Program-made: the position numbers and the translations under genes | Part shown: in pieces, positions 61,843-64,000 of the stretch | Layout of the letters: each line of letters opens with the position of its first letter | Position numbering within the stretch: the first letter of the stretch is position 1 | NCBI GenBank assembly: GCA_043228905.1 | Contig: JBHGNT010000013.1 | Coordinates: 1-64,000 of the forward strand | Source: Azolla caroliniana | Taxonomy: Eukaryota; Plantae; Polypodiophyta | Length of the DNA stretch: 64,000 bases | Reading direction: 5' to 3' | The notes under the pieces: generated by a model | The model's input: the letters and a program-made list of their open reading frames with translations, nothing else | Databases searched by the model: none | What the model was told of the DNA's origin: nothing

Positions 61843-64000
61843 TGTCGTGAAGATTTTCATCCATAGGCGGAAACCGGGGTGGAATAGGCAAATCGGTGGT
61901 GTGCACCATGTGCACATGTATACTAGGAAATGGTGTATAGAAATAAGAGGGGAAATTTTATCCCACATTGTAAGGTCCCTCCCTCCTTGGGCTATAAAAG
62001 GAAGGGAGGGGTCACTTATGAAGGGGTTGCCTATTTTGAGGGAGAGAGGCATACCACTTAGGTCAAGGGTTTCTTATTCGGTTTTAGGGTTTCGGTTAGG
62101 GTTTTCTTCTTGGGTTTCCTTTAGGGTTGTACTATACTTCGCTACTTGCTTATTCTTCTAGGGTTTTTCTCATAATCGTTTGGTGCGGCCATGGCGGCCA
62201 CCATTGTTGTAATCATTCGCTTGTTTTTAATATATCTTGTTGTGGATCTTGCTTCCATCTACTTTGGTCTATGCTTATGTGCTACTCTTCATCTTCTCAT
62301 CCGATGTTAAGCTTCCATTTCTCATATGTTATTCTTTCTCCTCTACTACCTAGTCCAAGACCCCCGTGGTCTCGCCCTTCTACACGTACGCGCGTAACAA
62401 CGCAACATCTTTGGTGAACTCGACGTGAAGGGCAGCAAGGGAGCATGGAGATGGAAGAAGACTTCAACTTCGAGGAGATGATGGCAAAGATCGTGATGGA
62501 AGCCGGACGGAAGATGGCGAAGCGAGATGCGGCTCAACAAGCCGTCGAAAGGGTGGTCGATCGAGTCGGCCGGTTCAATGGGAACGAGGTCCCAAAATTT
62601 TTGGGAGCCTACAAGGCCGAGATGGCGAAAGGGGGCGTGGACGAGGCGATGCGACTAGAGTATTTTCCTCGAGTGGCGGCCGTATCGGTGCACAAGGAGG
62701 TCAAGGAGCCACGGTAAGCTCACGAGTCATGGGAGTCCTTTGAGGGAGCTCTATTGGACGCATACGGATACGCGAAACCGGAGTGGGTATGCCGGCAACC
62801 CGATGGGGAGCGGTCGGCAACAACGTGGCCCACGAGCGGCGGAGAAGAGAGGGCGGTGAGCGGCTACGCACTACCACCGGAAGAGAGCTCAACGCAAAAC
62901 GGTTCGGAGGAGCTCGACCTAGAAGCGCTAATACAGGAGGCATGCAAGCTTGTGAAGGGGAAAATCGAAGCCAAAGAAGGGCTTATTATGGAGTCGGGCC
63001 GGAGGCAATCGGAGGATGCGGAGGAAGAAGCCTCCCTAAGCGTAGAAGATGGGGCCTATACAGAGGCCGGAAGAGCATACGACGGCAACATGGGAGAAGG
63101 TGCGGAGGAAGCGACCCTCTTGCCTTGCGGTGAAGGGACGGCCATGGAGGCCGGTAACCTACGGATTCGGGACATGGCGACCCGAAATATCGAGTGGGGA
63201 GGAGACAAGTGGCGGTGCCGCGACCTTACCCACACCGGTCCGGCGGTCGGCCCGAGTGCCAGCATGAGACCTAGAGCGACGGGCCCTGGCGGCGGCAAGG
63301 CGGGCAACCGAGACGACGACATGGAAGAGACGGCGGCAAGCATAATCGAGGCTTGCTCAATCGGAGGCAGGGTAGCGGCGGACAACAATGTCCGGACGGA
63401 GGCGGCTATAGACACAACGAGCGGTGGTGCCAGGTCCTTACCCACACCGGTCCTAAAGGCTCCGACGGTCGGCCCGAGTGCCGGCGTGAGTCCTAGAGTC
63501 ATGGGCGGTGGCGACGGCAAGTCGGGCAACCGAGACGAGGATGAGGATGAGGAGGTAGCAAGCATAACCGAGGCTTGCGTAACCGGGGACGAGATAGCCA
63601 TGGACCATGCCGTCCGAACGAAGGTGGCTACAAACATGACATCGGCGAGTGATGGTACCGAGACTTTTCCCACACCTATTCTAGAGACTTCGGCGGTTGG
63701 CCCCAAGAGCCCACGTGAGCCGGAGAGACGGAAGGTGGCGGCGGCAAAGCGGACGATCGAGACGATGACGAGGAAGGTCATAGCAGACACCGGGGCCGGA
63801 GACTACGGTGGTTGCGCTCGAATGCCAACATAAGACCAGAGAGAAGGACGGTGGCCATGAGGAGGCATGGCCCGGAGCGAACACGTGCGAAGATGAGGAT
63901 GCGAGGCCCGGAATAGGCATAGAAGAGCCGGCAAGGCCGGATTTGTGTGGACAAACATGTACCGGCCGGTTCCGGTTACAGTTACGGGAGGGAGCCGACC
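61843..64000 (+). mobile_element. Gypsy element F related to D (5' LTR 61843-62407, tRNA-Trp PBS, degenerate gag); runs off the window
   Basis: TGTCGTG...CAACA, PBS TGGTGAACTCGACGTGAA near 62412, gag VERVVDRVGRFNGNEVPKFLGAYKAEM similar to D VERLVQRNGQFNGKDVSQYLQDYKAEM. Confidence 0.88.
63235..63790 (+). repeat. Degenerate tandem repeat of about 225-235 bp within F
   Basis: CGGTCGGCCCGAGTGCC and GGCGGCAAG.CGGGCAACCGAGACGA recur near 63244, 63465 and 63695. Confidence 0.75.

Noticed and set aside
62080-62130. TTAGGG motifs in the LTR of F as telomere remnants
   Set aside because: Dispersed telo-box-type motifs, common in plant LTRs, not tandem.

Overview
Eukaryotic, land-plant heterochromatin with no host gene recognised. 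The plant TTTAGGG repeats plus Tcn1-like and other non-seed-plant-type gypsy elements suggest a moss or other non-seed plant (inference). 1-13281 is a 178-bp tandem satellite array with an inverted block, higher-order repeats and a 750-bp solo LTR. It ends in about 5 degenerate CCCTAAA repeats that truncate a gypsy element. The remaining 50 kb is a nest of retroelements: three members of one non-chromovirus gypsy family (A 30019-47113 +, B 48463-61842 -, C 13322-19309 -), two tRNA-Trp-primed gypsy elements (D 36077-43295 inside A, F 61843-end inside B), a Tork/Tto1-like copia inside B, a chromovirus remnant, a copia gag remnant and three LINEs. Most notable: (1) A and B have no polypurine tract, and instead carry a conserved 38-nt tRNA-Arg-3'-end-like sequence ending in CCA (an inverted PBS) 2 nt from the 3' LTR, suggesting tRNA-related priming of the plus strand; (2) both also carry a conserved ~900-aa extra ORF; (3) D has a canonical-looking -1 frameshift signal with a pseudoknot placed after the protease; (4) the satellite monomer and the solo LTR inside it share an exactly spaced 121-bp dyad module. 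All comparisons were made by eye.
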